From Eledone cirrhosa (Eukaryota): 64,000 bases of DNA. The notes under the pieces are model-generated. The model saw only the letters and a list, made by a program, of their open reading frames with translations. It was not told the origin of the DNA and did no database searches. Positions within the stretch are counted from its first letter, which is position 1; the number at the start of each line of letters is the position of its first letter. The stretch is from contig OZ024749.1 of assembly GCA_964016885.1 (NCBI GenBank), positions 10,602,001 to 10,666,000 of the forward strand. The letters are read 5' to 3'. This document shows positions 51,856 through 64,000 of the stretch, one piece after another. The position numbers were made by a program, and so were the translations under genes.

Positions 51856-52125
51856 ATTTTGACAAAGTACCCGATGCCATAATCTGGTGGGCCCTTAGAA
51901 AACTAGGAGTAAATGAGTGGCTGGTGAAGGCTGTACAAGCCACAGTCAGCAAAGTTAGGATTTATAATGACTATAGCGGGGAATTTAGTATACAGGTTGG
52001 CGTCCACCAGGGCTCTGTTCTTAGCCCTCTCCTGTTTATTATCATATTGCAAGCTATAACAGAGGAGTTTAAGACTGGCTGCCCATGAGAACTCCTTGTA
52101 CGTGGATGATCTTACACTCATAGTA
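51856..52125 (+). mobile_element. RTE RT fragment
   Basis: FDKVP, VGVHQGSVLSPLLF and LLYVDDL. Confidence 0.8.
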
Positions 52126-52149
52126 GAATTAGCAAGCGGAGTTGCTGCT

Positions 52150-52760
52150 CACGCAACATAACAGGGTTCAATCTTCCTGACAATGCCAAAGTCACCACAC
52201 CAATTGGGAAGATTTTCTTCAAACTTCTCAATCAATACTTCCTATCACATCTTCAGCAAAAGCACAATTAAACTGTCTTACAACAGCACACCCCACTACA
52301 CACAAATTATCGCATCCTCAAACACTGCCAATCTCAATTCTAACAGACTCCATTCTGACCTCAGTGAGGAGGTATCAAGGTAATGTAATTGCATAGATAA
52401 AACACTTTGTCCTTTAAACAACAAGTGCCGGCAATACAACCTTGTGTACAAGCGCATTCCAACAAAGCCTACATCGGATTGACCGCCTGCAAATTCAAGA
52501 CAAGGTTTTATCAATACATTAAGAAACTGGCCTGAAGAAACACTACAGCACTATCTAGCCATATTTGGGATCTCCACGACAACAACATCACCTATGAACT
52601 GAATTGGAGCCCCTTGTACAAGGCCAAACTGTATACAGGAGGATGCTGCCCGTGTAATTTATGCTCTGAGGAGACAATCCAAACATTGTTCACCAAGGAA
52701 CAATTATTAATTAAAAAGGATGAACTCATCACCTCATGCTAACACCAGATTTACAAAACA
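52150..52760 (+). mobile_element. Penelope-like GIY-YIG endonuclease remnant
   Basis: IKLSY, NC..K..CPLNNKC...NLVY, YIGLTACKFKTRF, TALSSHIW, CNLCSEE and ELITSC motifs across frameshifts. Confidence 0.8.
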
Positions 52761-53864
52761 TCTCAATTTCACACCTTCTCACGATCCAGGAGGGTAAGAC
52801 AATTTTCCCAACTTTTATTGTACATATCCACACTGCAATAGACACCCTAGGTTATCATAGTACATCTGCACACAATATTATGTATCCAAACTGGCAAACA
52901 CATTCCTAAGTCTAAAGAGAACATACGCACAAGCGTGCACAACTCCACACAAAGTTCAATAGCAGACTAACAGCAACCAGGAAATAACACAGAACTAGCG
53001 CTTACGGTCAAACAACCACTACTCCACACAAACTTCATCGGCAAGCTTCAGTAGCACCCATAAATACACACAAAAGCATTTATAGAAGCACATGAGTCGA
53101 CAGTGTCACATCAAAACACACATACCATCACTAAACAAAATTATTAGCATATGAAACCAGTACATAAGCAGCTCATCTTGCCCCTACCCGAGCTGCACAT
53201 CCAACCCTTCAGCCACATAAACATACCCCATAAGAGGCACTTGCAACATCTTTTTTACGATAGCGGCATTAAAGAGACTACACCTACACTAGCACTCCAC
53301 TACAAAAATATCAATACCTGTTTGCACGTGGACACCCTCCGCAACCCCCATTGTAACATACATACGTACCTAGAAAAACACAAGCCCTTACAGTGCATAA
53401 TAAATAGTTATCACCCTCTCCACCTATTCCACTATAAATACATGAAATATAATCTCCACCACAAACTCACTAGTACCACGAAATCTACACTCCTAACGAT
53501 AATTCTTAGGGACTTAAGTACTAGAGTGTGCAGGCGTGTGGCTTTGTGGTTAGAGTATTCGGTTTACAATTATAAGGTTGTGAGTTCGATTCCTGGCAGC
53601 ACGGCATGTCCTTGAGCAAAGCACTTTATTTCACATTGCTGCAGTCCACTCAGCTGGCAAAATTGTATCTGTAATTCGAAGGGCCAGCTTTGTTACATTC
53701 TGTGTCATGCTAAATCTCCCTGAGAACTATGTTAAGTGTACGCGTGTCTACGGAATGGTCCGCCACATGTGCGTTAATTTCACAAGCAGGCCGTTCCATT
53801 GATTAGATCAACTGGAACACTCGTCATTGTAAGCAACAGAGTGCCTTCCTTCCTCCATCACTAG

Positions 53865-55825
53865 TCATCATCATCATCATTACTGTTTAACAGCCATTTT
53901 TCCATGCTAGCATGGGTTAGACAAGTTGTCCTGTTGTGAGCAATGCTAGGCCAGGTGACCATGCCTTGTTCAAACAGAACTGATTCTGGCTTGATTTCTA
54001 CAACTGGATGCCCTTCCTAACACCAACTTCATTTACAGTGAGTACAAGGTGCCTTTTGTTGCAGAACCTACACAACCACTTTACAGTGTGGACTGAGTGC
54101 CTTTTGTTGCAGAACCTACACAACCACTTTACAGTGTGGACTGGGTGCTTTATGTCGTGAGACCTACACAACCATTTTACAGTGTGGACTGGGTGCTTTT
54201 TGTCGTGAGACCTACACAACCACTTTACAGTGTGGACTGAGTGCTTTTTGTCGTGACACCTACACGACCACTTTACAGTGTGGACTGGGTGCTTTTTGTC
54301 ATGAGACCTACACGACCACTTTACAGTGTGGACTGGGTGCATTTTGTCGTGATACCTACACGACCACTTTACAGTGTGGACTGGGTGCATTTTGTCGTGA
54401 TACCTACACGACCACTTTACAGTGTGGACTGGGTGCATTTTGTCGTGATACCTACACGACCACTTTACAGTGTGGACTGGGTGCTTTTTGTCGTGATACC
54501 TACACGACCACTTTACAGTGTGGACTGGGTGCTTCTTGTTGTGATACCTACACCGACCACTTTACAGTGTGGACTGGGTGCTTCTTGTTGTGATACCTAC
54601 ATGACCACTTTATAGTTTGGGCTAGGTGCTTTTTGCCAGTCACCATCACCCCCACTTTACAGTGTGGACTGAGTGCTTTTTGTTGTGAGACCTACACAAC
54701 CACTTTACAGTGTGGACTGGGTGCTTTTTGTTGTGATACCTACACGACCACTTTACAGTGTGGACTGGGTGCTTTTTGTTGTGATACCTACACGATCACT
54801 TTACAGTGTGGACTGGGTGCTTTTTGTTGTGATACCTACACAACCACTTTACAGTGTGGACTGGGTGCTTTTTGTCGTGAGACCTACACAACCACTTTAC
54901 AGTGTGGACTGGGTGCTTTTTGTTGTGATACCTACACGACCACTTTACAGTGTGGACTGGGTGCTTTTTGTCGTGAGACCTACACAACCACTTTACAGTG
55001 TGGACTGGGTGCTTTTTGTTGTGATACCTACACGACCACTTTACAGTGTGGACTGGGTGCTTTTTGTTGTGATACCTACATGACCACTTTACAGTGTGTA
55101 CTGGTAGCTTTTTGTTGTGATACCTACACAACCACTTTACAGTGTGGACTGGGTGCTTTTTGTCGTGAGACCTACACAACCACTTTACAGTGTGGACTGG
55201 GTGCTTTTTGTTGTGATACCTACACGACCACTTTACAGTGTGGACTGGGTGCTTTTTGTTGTGATACCTACACGACCACTTTACAGTGTGGACTGGGTGC
55301 TTTTTGTCGTGAGACCTACACAACCACTTTACAGTGTGGACTGGGTGCTTTTTGTTGTGATACCTACACGACCACTTTACAGTGTGGACTGAGTGCTTTT
55401 TGTTGTGATACCTACACAACCACTTTACAGTGTGGACTGGGTGCTTCTTGTTGTGATACCTACACCGACCACTTTACAGTGTGGACTGGGTGCTTCTTGT
55501 TGTGATACCTACATGACCACTTTATAGTTTGGGCTAGGTGCTTTTTGCCAGTCACCATCACCCCCACTTTACAGTGTGGACTGAGTGCTTTTTGTTGTGA
55601 CACCTACACGACCACTTTACAGTGTAGACTGGGTGCTTTTTGTCGTGAGACCTACACAACCACTTTACAGTGTGGACTGGGTGCTTTTTGTTGTGATACC
55701 TACACGACCACTTTACAGTGTGGACTGGGTGCTTTTTGTTGTGATACCTACACGACCACTTTACAGTGTGGACTGGGTGCTTTTTGCCATGTCACCATCA
55801 CGACCACTTTACAGTGTGGACTGGA
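53865..55825 (-). repeat. RTE-tail element with a 51-bp tandem array (~35 copies), inverted relative to 51120-51810
   Basis: Unit ACCTACACGACCACTTTACAGTGTGGACTGGGTGCTTTTTGTTGTGAT-like. The (CAT)n tail is at about 53866. Confidence 0.93.
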
Positions 55826-56732
55826 GGCTTCACTGGATCTATACTTCAGCCTGTCCTCATGGGAGATGTATGGGAGTGAGTGGGGTGGTGCATACTATAT
55901 ATATATGTGCTTCAGCTTCAGCCTGTGCCTTTGGGATGTCAGGTCTTCTGTATTACTGCGTAATCCCAGAGATCTCGGTCCTGTGTCATCACCTTTGAGA
56001 GGTGCAATAGGGCAAGGTCAGCTTTTATCACCTCATCCCAAGTCTTCTTGGGTCTCCCCACTCCGTGGCTTCAGTTGACTGAGTGCTCTGCACCTTTCAT
56101 ACGCATCAGCTGTCATCTTCCATACGCATCACATTGTGTAACAAGGCTGTCACCTTTAATCACAGATACAATTCATTTTCACCAGTTGAGTAGACTGAAG
56201 CAATGTGAAATGAAGTGTCTTGCTTAAGGATACAATGCATTGACTAGTCAGTGTAACAACAATAGTCATTTAATTTACAATTAAACAACCATCATGTTAC
56301 TAAACTAACTCATAAATTATTAGTAACCTAATTAATACTAAACTGAAGTGAATCTCAAACAGGCATGTTATATTACAAATAGCACCATATGTTTTTAATG
56401 GCTGTATCACACTGATATGTTACAAATAGCACATTAGTAATGAAATAGTTAATAATTTTAATAAATCCTTCCAAATTCTTCATTAATTGATTTACAGTGT
56501 TTAATTAGAAATATGTTAACAAAGAGGCTGAAAATGGATGGCTTTTTTTTTTCATAGAACCAGAGTTGATTTTGACAGGGTTTGTAACAAAAGGGCCAAG
56601 ATGCCTAGAAAGGTGAAGAAACAAAAGGTAGAAAACCAAGAGATATAAGTTTCTGGCAGCTGTTATCTTTAGAAAGTAGAATCATTTCACAAATGCAGAG
56701 AAAAATGAAATAATTAAAAAAGGTATATTTAC

Positions 56733-56849
56733 GGTTATAAATGGTGATGCTGAAGGATCTTGGTATTGTGTAAGTAAGGACTGTACTGGTAGCTTGACTT
56801 TGGGACGAGATTTTAAGCGTTTGTTGATATGAACCAACAGTTCCATCAC
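56733..56849 (-). CDS. ECM29: ECM29 coding exon 3 ([39 protein letters not shown])
   Basis: tttag|GTG ATG GAA ... ACC|GTAAAT, 117 nt, phase 0/0. Matches ECM29 [22 protein letters not shown]. Confidence 0.95.
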
Positions 56850-57304
56850 CTAAACAAAAGAAAACAGAATTATAGCACGTTAACCTCTCTAGTGTTGAGG
56901 ATCTACATGATAAATACACCCAGCACACTCTTTAAAGTGGTTGGTGGTAGGAAGGGCAACCAGCCATAGAAAACTGGCCAACAAAGAGTCAAGAGGATTC
57001 TACAGTTGTGTCATAGACATGACAACCTCTCTTGTATTGGTGATCTACATAAATACACCCAGTACACTCTGTAAAATGGTTGTTGATAGAAAGCACATAG
57101 AGAAGCAGTACAAAACCTGCCAAACAAAGGGTGAGGAAGACCCTTCAGATATGCCAAGGACACATCTTCCCTGGCGTTGGTGCTATGATAAAATGCACAT
57201 GGCCTGTGATGACATACATGCCTAACCCTTGCTAGCAGGGAAAAAAGATGTTAAACAATGCTGATATCTGTACAAGCCTTGTAACACAAAAAATAAATGT
57301 AGTA

Positions 57305-58200
57305 AGTAACCAGAGGTTAGTGTTAGTGATTGAACAGATGAAGCGACAGGAGGTTACAGCGCTGGAACTGAACAGATGTAGTGACCAGAGGTTACAGTAC
57401 TGGTAACTGAACAGATGTAGTGACCAGAGGTTACAGTACTGGTAACTGAACAGATGAAGTGACGAAAGGTTACAGTGCTGGTGACTGAACAGATAAAGTG
57501 ACCAGAGGTTACAGTGTTGGTAACTGAACAGATGAAGTGACCAGAAGTTACAGTACTGGTAATTGAACAGATGAAGTGACCTAAGGTACTGTACTGGTAA
57601 CTGAACAGATGTAGTGACCAGATGTTACAGTGCTGGTAACTGAACAGATATAGTGACCCGAGGTACTATACTGGTAACTGAACAGATATAGTGACCAGAG
57701 GTTACAGTGCAGGTGACTGAACAGATGTAGTGACCAGAGGTTACAGTGCTGTTAATTGAACAGATGAAGTGACCTGATGTAATGTACTGGTAACTGAACA
57801 GATGTAGTGACCAGAGGTTAGTGCTGGTGACTGAACAGATGTAGTGACCAGAGGCTACAGTGCTGGTGACTGAACAGATGTAGTGACCAGAGGTTACAGT
57901 GCTGTTAATTGAACAGATGAAGTGACCTGATGTAATGTACTGGTAACTGAACAGATGTAGTGACCAGAGGTTAGTGCTGGTGACTGAACAGATGTAGTGA
58001 CCAGAGGCTACAGTGCTGGTGACTGAACAGATGTAGTGACCAGAGGCTACAGTGCTGGTGACTGAACAGATGTAGTGACCAGAGGCTACAGTGCTGGTGA
58101 CTGAACAGATGTAGTGACCAGAGGCTACAGTGCTGGTGACTGAACAGATGTAGTGACCAGAGGTTAGTGCTGGTGACTGAACAGATGTAGTGACCAGTGC
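57305..58200. repeat. 39-bp minisatellite (~22 copies)
   Basis: Unit CAGATGTAGTGACCAGAGGTTACAGTGCTGGTGACTGAA. An isolated copy lies at about 58955-58992. Confidence 0.93.
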
Positions 58201-58950
58201 TGAAGTATTCTTATACAGCACTTGTGATGACAGCCAAGGAAAACTCAGACCTATTCTCCATTGATACCAGAATCCTCCAAGCAGATCCTCTGACACCTTT
58301 CCTTTTTGTGATATGCCTTGATTATGCACTGTATAATGCTATTGCACCATCAGACAAAATAATGCTGAAAAATCAAAAAAGCACCCAACAACCAGAGAAA
58401 GTGCTACCTGAAATGGTTTACGTAGATGACATAGCTCTCCTGGAAAACACCTGCAAAAGAGCTGAGAAAGTGCTAGAGAGTGGAAGCTGCAGCAGTCCAT
58501 TGGACTCTTCTTAAATGCTGGCAAAATAAAATTCATGCACCTCAATGTAACATCAAATAAACAAATGCATGCGCTGGATGGTTCAGGGATTGGGGAAGTT
58601 GATGACTTCTTGTATCTTGACAGTTTTATTACAACAGAGCACAATGTGGACACTAGGATTGGAAGGGCATGAGGGACTCTCAACTCCCAATCAAAAATGA
58701 GGCTATTCAAAGCAATGGTTGAGTCCATTCTCCTGTAGGGATGTGAGTCATGAACACTGACAATGCCACATTCCCCAGAATATTGAGAAAGGGCCAGAAC
58801 ATATTCCTTGATGTGTGCAGGAGACCAATCACAACACTGAAAGATGTTCTTGAAGATGATACCAGGTTAGAGGCAGGGGAACATTCAGACAACAATGCTA
58901 AACAGGGTGAATTGGAGGAGGAACTTCATCGTGGCACCAGTAATGGATGT
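58200..58950 (+). mobile_element. Degenerate non-LTR RT fragment
   Basis: ILQADPLTPFLFVICLDY, YVDDIALL, DFLYL and RLFKAMVESILL motifs. Confidence 0.75.
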
Positions 58951-59522
58951 ACAGAAGATGTGACCAGAGGTTACAGTGCTGGGGATTGAACAAAGGCAAT
59001 ATAGAGTTTGTCAAAGAGGGCTAACATAATCTTTATAGGTTCTACTTAACTAGAAAGTTAGTTATGTTACTAAATCAATTTTTGGTTATTTTGAAAATTA
59101 TTTTAAAATCATATCCAGTGTGTTTCATGAAGAAGGAAATGGTTAAATATAAAAGGTAAATGTATGCAGAAGATATGATGAGGTGGTCATGTATTGGGAG
59201 CGAGAGTTTAGGACAAAATCTTTTATACTCTGAATTCAACTTTGCCTTGGGCGGGGATAAAATAATATTGTTTGATAGAGCATGGGATACTTTGTGGTAT
59301 TTGTACCAGCAGCTCTTTTAACAGCCTATGCTTGCATAGATCAGACAAGTCTTGTCCAGTACAACTTCCCTCCCACTTGTATTTTGGGGTTGTCCCAGGT
59401 CAGTCTTCCTTTACACTACCCTCCACTTGAAACTCATGGCACTTCTTCTCCCAACAGTCAACAACCATATGCATCATGTGTCCCTAACATAAGAAATTTA
59501 AAAAAAAAACCCATGAACATAC

Positions 59523-59653
59523 CTTTTTCCTGACATCTTCTTGTGGACTAGAAAGTCTTGACAAAACAGGAGCGAGAAACTTTCCAAGGGCAACTTCAAC
59601 ATCCGCATCAGTATCTGCAGAAGCTATACACAAAAATACACGCTCCAAGCGCA
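59523..59653 (-). CDS. ECM29: ECM29 coding exon 2 (RLERVFLCIASADTDADVEVALGKFLAPVLSRLSSPQEDVRKK)
   Basis: ttttag| ... AAG|GTATGT, 131 nt. Recognisably similar to the ECM29 N-terminus [43 protein letters not shown] (human sequence recalled from memory). Confidence 0.95.
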
Positions 59654-59989
59654 CTAAAACAAGAAAAAATAATAAAAATAAGGATAAGAGAGTATTGAAG
59701 TTTGTTTGAAGCATTGTGGAATAATAAGATATATTTTCTTTAGGTCGTTTTGGAAGCCTCAACAATGCAGATGGGTAATTCTCCGGGTAACGAGATCCGG
59801 TGGTGAAGAGAGAGATGTAAGTGAATGTAGAATGAGATGTATAGTGTGTAGAGGAACGTAGGAAAGAGCGTAAAAAATAAAAATAATAACACGAGATAGA
59901 GTTACCTTGGGAGAGATTTAATTGTCCCAGCACTTGGCATCAAACCTATTGAGTGCATGTCGGATATCACCTTCTGTCGAGTTAAGTAA

Positions 59990-60603
59990 CACCATGTTGT
60001 CTTTAAATTCCAGTTGACTGAAATAACACCCACCAGTCATGATACCACTTCCAACCCAGCTGCGTTATGTCAATCCTGTTCATGTAAATAATGGAGAGGT
60101 GACAGAACGCACCCTTAAAAGAGTCCGACTCCCTCATTGAATGGTTTTGATTTAGCACCATTTATCTGAACACAAATTCTTGGGCATTTATAGAGACATC
60201 AGAGCAGCAAGAAGCTGACCATTGATCCCATACTCCTGCAGAACCTTCCACAGCAGGTCCCGAGGAATGCGGTCATATGCCTTTTCAATGTTGACAAAAC
60301 AAGAATATACATCTTGGCAATACTCCCAGTACTTTCTCAAAGACCTGCTTCGGTGTGAATATTTGATCAGCTGTGCTGCGTCCGGGGCTAAAACCACACT
60401 GTTCATCAGATAGCTTGGATTCAACAATCTCCCTGCATCTCTTTGTCATACACTTAGCATAGACTTTACCAGGGAGGCTTAACAAGGAGATCCCTCTGTA
60501 ATTGGAACAATCTCTCTTGTCCTCCTCTTTGAAAATTGGGATTATCACTCCTGACTGCCATTGCTTAGGTGCCTTTCCAGAGATCCAGGCCACCCGGCAC
60601 ACA
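59990..60603 (-). mobile_element. RTE-clade (Expander-like) RT fragment
   Basis: W..GVIIPIFK, CSNYRGISLLSLPGKVYAK, EQCGFSPGRST.DQIF and FVNIEKAYDRIPR. Confidence 0.85.
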
Positions 60604-60639
60604 TAGGGCAGTCAGCGACTGATCGGGTTTATAGATCAG

Positions 60640-61203
60640 CAAAGTATGGTCATGTGATGCGCATGAAAGACGACAGCAGTATAAAAAAGTGCAGGGCAAT
60701 CAAAATTGATGTAAATTCCGGAGTAGGTAGACCCAGCGAAAACCTGGGACGATTTGATAAATTCCGACTTTACACACACCTCTCCAAGAGAATGTCACTG
60801 GACCGAGATCTTTGGCGCTACGCAGAAGACCTGCCTTGCCTAAGTACAAAGCGAAACCTACAGTCAGTAGGCACCTCTTAATCAAATATACACCCCCCTT
60901 TCTCTGTAAAGTTATGTTGGTACCACAACATCCAGTTCTAAATAAATGAGGTCGTGTAGGTGTCACAACAAAAAAACACAGTCCACGCTGTAATGTGGCC
61001 GTGCAGGTAACACGGTAAAAACCTCCCAGTTCCACACTGTAAATGTGGTTGGTGTTAGGAAGAGCATCCAGCTGTAGAAAACCCGCCAGACAGTCCTATA
61101 CGAGCAAGACAACCACTCTTGCCTCAAGTGGGAAAACTCCCGTCCAAACCCATGCAAGCGTGGAATATGGACGTTAAACGATGATGATGATGATGATGAT
61201 GAT
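60640..61203 (+). mobile_element. RTE LINE 3' end
   Basis: YGHVMRM, GVGRP, MSLDRDLWR, 3' UTR and (GAT)n tail. Confidence 0.82.
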
Positions 61204-61428
61204 ATACATACACACACACACACTGTGGTCTACCTATCGTGGTCGGATCTATACCATAGTTAGTATGTAATTCAGTGAGATCCAGAGATTGGTTACAAGT
61301 TTCGCTGAGTCAATCTTTCAGATACAGTATCTGATATATTACATATGAATGAAATATGTAAAATAACTTGCCTTTGTTATCATTGTTAAATAATATATAT
61401 TTGTGTGTGTGTGTGTGTGTGGGTATGT

Positions 61429-61494
<66 letters not shown>

Positions 61495-62415
61495 ATGTTT
61501 GTTTGTCAGGTCACCAGTTGGTGCTACTGGTAACATGTATCCCAGTACAACCTGTCCCATGCTCGGGTCGTTGGCGACTAAACTGGCAACCCCACCAGGG
61601 TTTCTTGGTGAGGAGGGTGACTTTGAACATCCTGCAGGACTAAAGACAAAACCTGTCAAAAGGCAAAGGTGCTCTTAAGAGTCAATGGCCATCCAAAATC
61701 ACCGGGCGAGATGACCCCTTAGCCTTTGTCAAGGCAGAATTCTAGAAGGAAAACTCTGATATAACACCTGCAACCCTGATGGTATCCAATGATGTTGACT
61801 TGTTCTTCTTTTTGGTAAATATCATCTTGGTTAAGAGAGTGGGACTGGCTTTGTGCAATGCCTTTGCTCACTATAAAAGCTTCACGGTACAGGCATTGCT
61901 TTATATCTGGAGATCTCTCTGCACTTGTCATCACATGGTACCATGGGCCCAGCACTATGTATCAATAATTGTCACAAGTGTACTGTTTGTACCAGAGTTT
62001 TCAAGTCGCTGGCTGGACTAAAAAGTCACACTCGTTCAGCGCATCGGTAGGGGTTCTCCTACATGGATATAAAGTAGTGGCCGTACTCGAAAACGAGTTG
62101 GCAGCCACCATGTATGTATGTATGTATGTTGTGTTTCTTTTTTCCCGTTAATAAATTGAATAATAATTGAATAATTCTAAAGCACCGGACTAATGTTAGG
62201 AACTTTCCCTTTATTTCAATAAAAATAAATGAACAGGTTGTGGTCTGGAATATAAACACATCAATACAAGCCACCAAAATGAGAGAACTAACAAGAAATC
62301 CGACCAGTGTGACAACCGATATATTTTAGAAAGTGTTTTCTAGTAATTTAAATGTAATTATAGGTATGTTTAGTAAGGTGTAATGAACAATAGGTATGTT
62401 TAGTAAGGTGTAATT

Positions 62416-62609
62416 GATAATTGTTTCTACTTTAGGCACAAGGCCAGCAATTATACCAGTGTATTACTGGTACTTTATTTTATCGACCCCGTAAGGATGA
62501 AAAGCAAAGTTAACCTCGGCGGGATTTGAACTCAGACCATAAAGGGCCGTAACTCTATGCTGCAAAGCATGGCGTCCGACCCTCTACCGATACTGCCAAT
62601 CCACCGCCC
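62416..62609 (-). mobile_element. tRNA-derived SINE with a 12-bp TSD
   Basis: Reverse complement of the 24542 family. TAAGGTGTAATT is duplicated at 62404-62415 and 62610-62621. Confidence 0.88.
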
Positions 62610-62768
62610 TAAGGTGTAATTAATAATAAACTCTATTCCATCTCTAAAACAACGATGTGACACTCTTACTAAAGTTATTCTGTAAACTGTTTACACATGA
62701 CAAACATTTGTAGCGATGTTATAGACTTCGACTAGCTTCGTAAACCTATATATATACACACACGTTCA

Positions 62769-62800
<32 letters not shown>

Positions 62801-63027
62801 CCAAAGATTAATATGGTTCATTGATTACTCAATGAATATAGTTTTACAATAGATTAAAAGCACTCTACAAGATAGTTTTCTGGAGTTATTAATATTATTC
62901 AAAATATTAATAAATGAAGACATTCACGTAATCAAAATATATGTTTTATTATATATATTTCGAAGGTAATACTGCCAATACTGGAATTGAACCATCAAGA
63001 CAGTTGAGGTATGTCATACATCAATTC

Positions 63028-63099
63028 ATATATTTTATCTGACGAGGACGTACTGGAAAAACAGCACAGTACCTTCGAAATATATATCATAAAACATAT
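63028..63099 (+). ncRNA. Minimal type I hammerhead ribozyme (Penelope-type)
   Basis: Stem I TTTTAT/ATAAAA. Core CTGACGA at 63039-63045. Stem II GGACGTACTG/CAGTACCTTC. GAAA at 63077-63080. Palindromic stem III ATATATAT. Cleavage triplet AUC with C at 63088. Confidence 0.75.
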
Positions 63100-63579
63100 A
63101 TTTTGATTATGTGAATGTCTTCATTTATTAATATTTTGAATAATATATATATATATATATATTTATGTATATATATATGTAAATAAATACTTGGGGGGAG
63201 GGGGCATGCTGCCATTAAAAACACATAACGTGTGTATATATATATATAATATATAATATATATATAATATATATATATATATAATATATATATAATATAT
63301 ATATATACTCACTTTGTGTGTGTATCTTAATTTTGTAATTAATGTCCCAAGCTAGTTAGAGCAGTCAATTGGAGGGGCAAGATGTGTTATACAGTGATTT
63401 ATTACACTAATAGATACGTCTTGTATCTGTTAGTAATAATATATATGTATATACGTGTGTGTGTAATAACTATATGTAGATAGGAGGAAGATGTCTTCTA
63501 AAACTAAACAAATTATCAATAATAATGTCAGTAACTAATATAGGGTCTTACTTGGTATTTTTTGTTAGGAAATACTTAC

Positions 63580-63601
63580 TTAAATCGTCTTCGCCTGACA
63601 T
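63580..63601 (-). CDS. ECM29: ECM29/ECPAS first coding exon (MSGEDDL + 1 nt)
   Basis: ATG TCA GGC GAA GAC GAT TTA A|GTAAGT. The 22 nt phase-1 end joins the next exon in frame (A+TG CGC TTG GAG = M-R-L-E). A polypyrimidine/AG acceptor near 63647 suggests an upstream non-coding exon. Confidence 0.75.
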
Positions 63602-64000
63602 TCTAGCTTCGCTTTAATTAATTGGTAAAGTGATAATTAACTTCTGCTAAGAGATACAAACCAAAAACAGATTCCTACAAACACACGGCTGTTGCAAAAC
63701 TAACGAAAATGAGTTTGACTGTTGTAAATCAATCCTAAGCATGAAAACCTTAGTAAGTTTAGTCTGATTTCTGGTATTTCCATTTTCCAAATAAAAGAAA
63801 TAAATGCTATTTTTTTAATTGTAAGGTTAATAAAAATGAAAATATAATATATATGTAGCTATTAAAGATATTATTTAGTTTCCTTTTTTTTAAATATTCA
63901 TTTATGTGTATGAATATAAAGACACAGTTAAAAGCATAATGAACATGTTAGGCCCACCTCGAGGTGAGCGGTTCAGCTTGAGTACTGACCGGTCTGTGGA

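Noticed and set aside
51055-56078. Cys-rich repeat ORFs (TTTLQCGLGAFCCDTY)n resembling metallothionein or keratin-associated proteins
   Set aside because: The 51-bp unit is part of a dispersed RTE 3' UTR and is open in multiple frames on both strands.
57625-58329. 234-aa ORF with SGHYICSVTS repeats resembling an Ig-domain motif
   Set aside because: It is a 39-bp minisatellite translation. The 13-aa period cannot form Ig domains and the N-terminus is antisense LINE.
63950-64000. Palindrome CACCTCGAGGTG with donor-like sites on both strands (bidirectional promoter or first exons)
   Set aside because: It is at the window edge with too little context to support a call.

Overview
AT-rich, repeat-saturated animal genomic DNA. 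The SINE and RTE-tail families and the microsatellite load look octopus/cephalopod-like, which is an inference. The only host gene I can support is the 5' part of ECM29/ECPAS (proteasome adaptor) on the minus strand. It has five clean GT-AG coding exons (63580-63601, 59523-59653, 56733-56849, 26167-26285, 18285-18434). A sixth exon starts at 3159 and runs into a CR1/L2-type LINE after about 40 nt. The introns hold RTE, CR1/L2 and Penelope-like remnants, a DD37D (maT) Tc1/mariner element, Helitron-like and piggyBac-like non-autonomous elements, tRNA-derived SINEs and several minisatellites. The most striking feature is the ~15 kb 45/42-bp satellite (3411-18320). It is an amplification of the last codons of ECM29 exon 5 plus its 5' splice donor, giving roughly 330 tandem donor sites, each preceded by an in-frame stop. 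Also notable are an intact-looking minimal type I hammerhead ribozyme in a Penelope-type inverted terminus (63028-63099), several degenerate relatives of it, and other satellites born in place from TE fragments.
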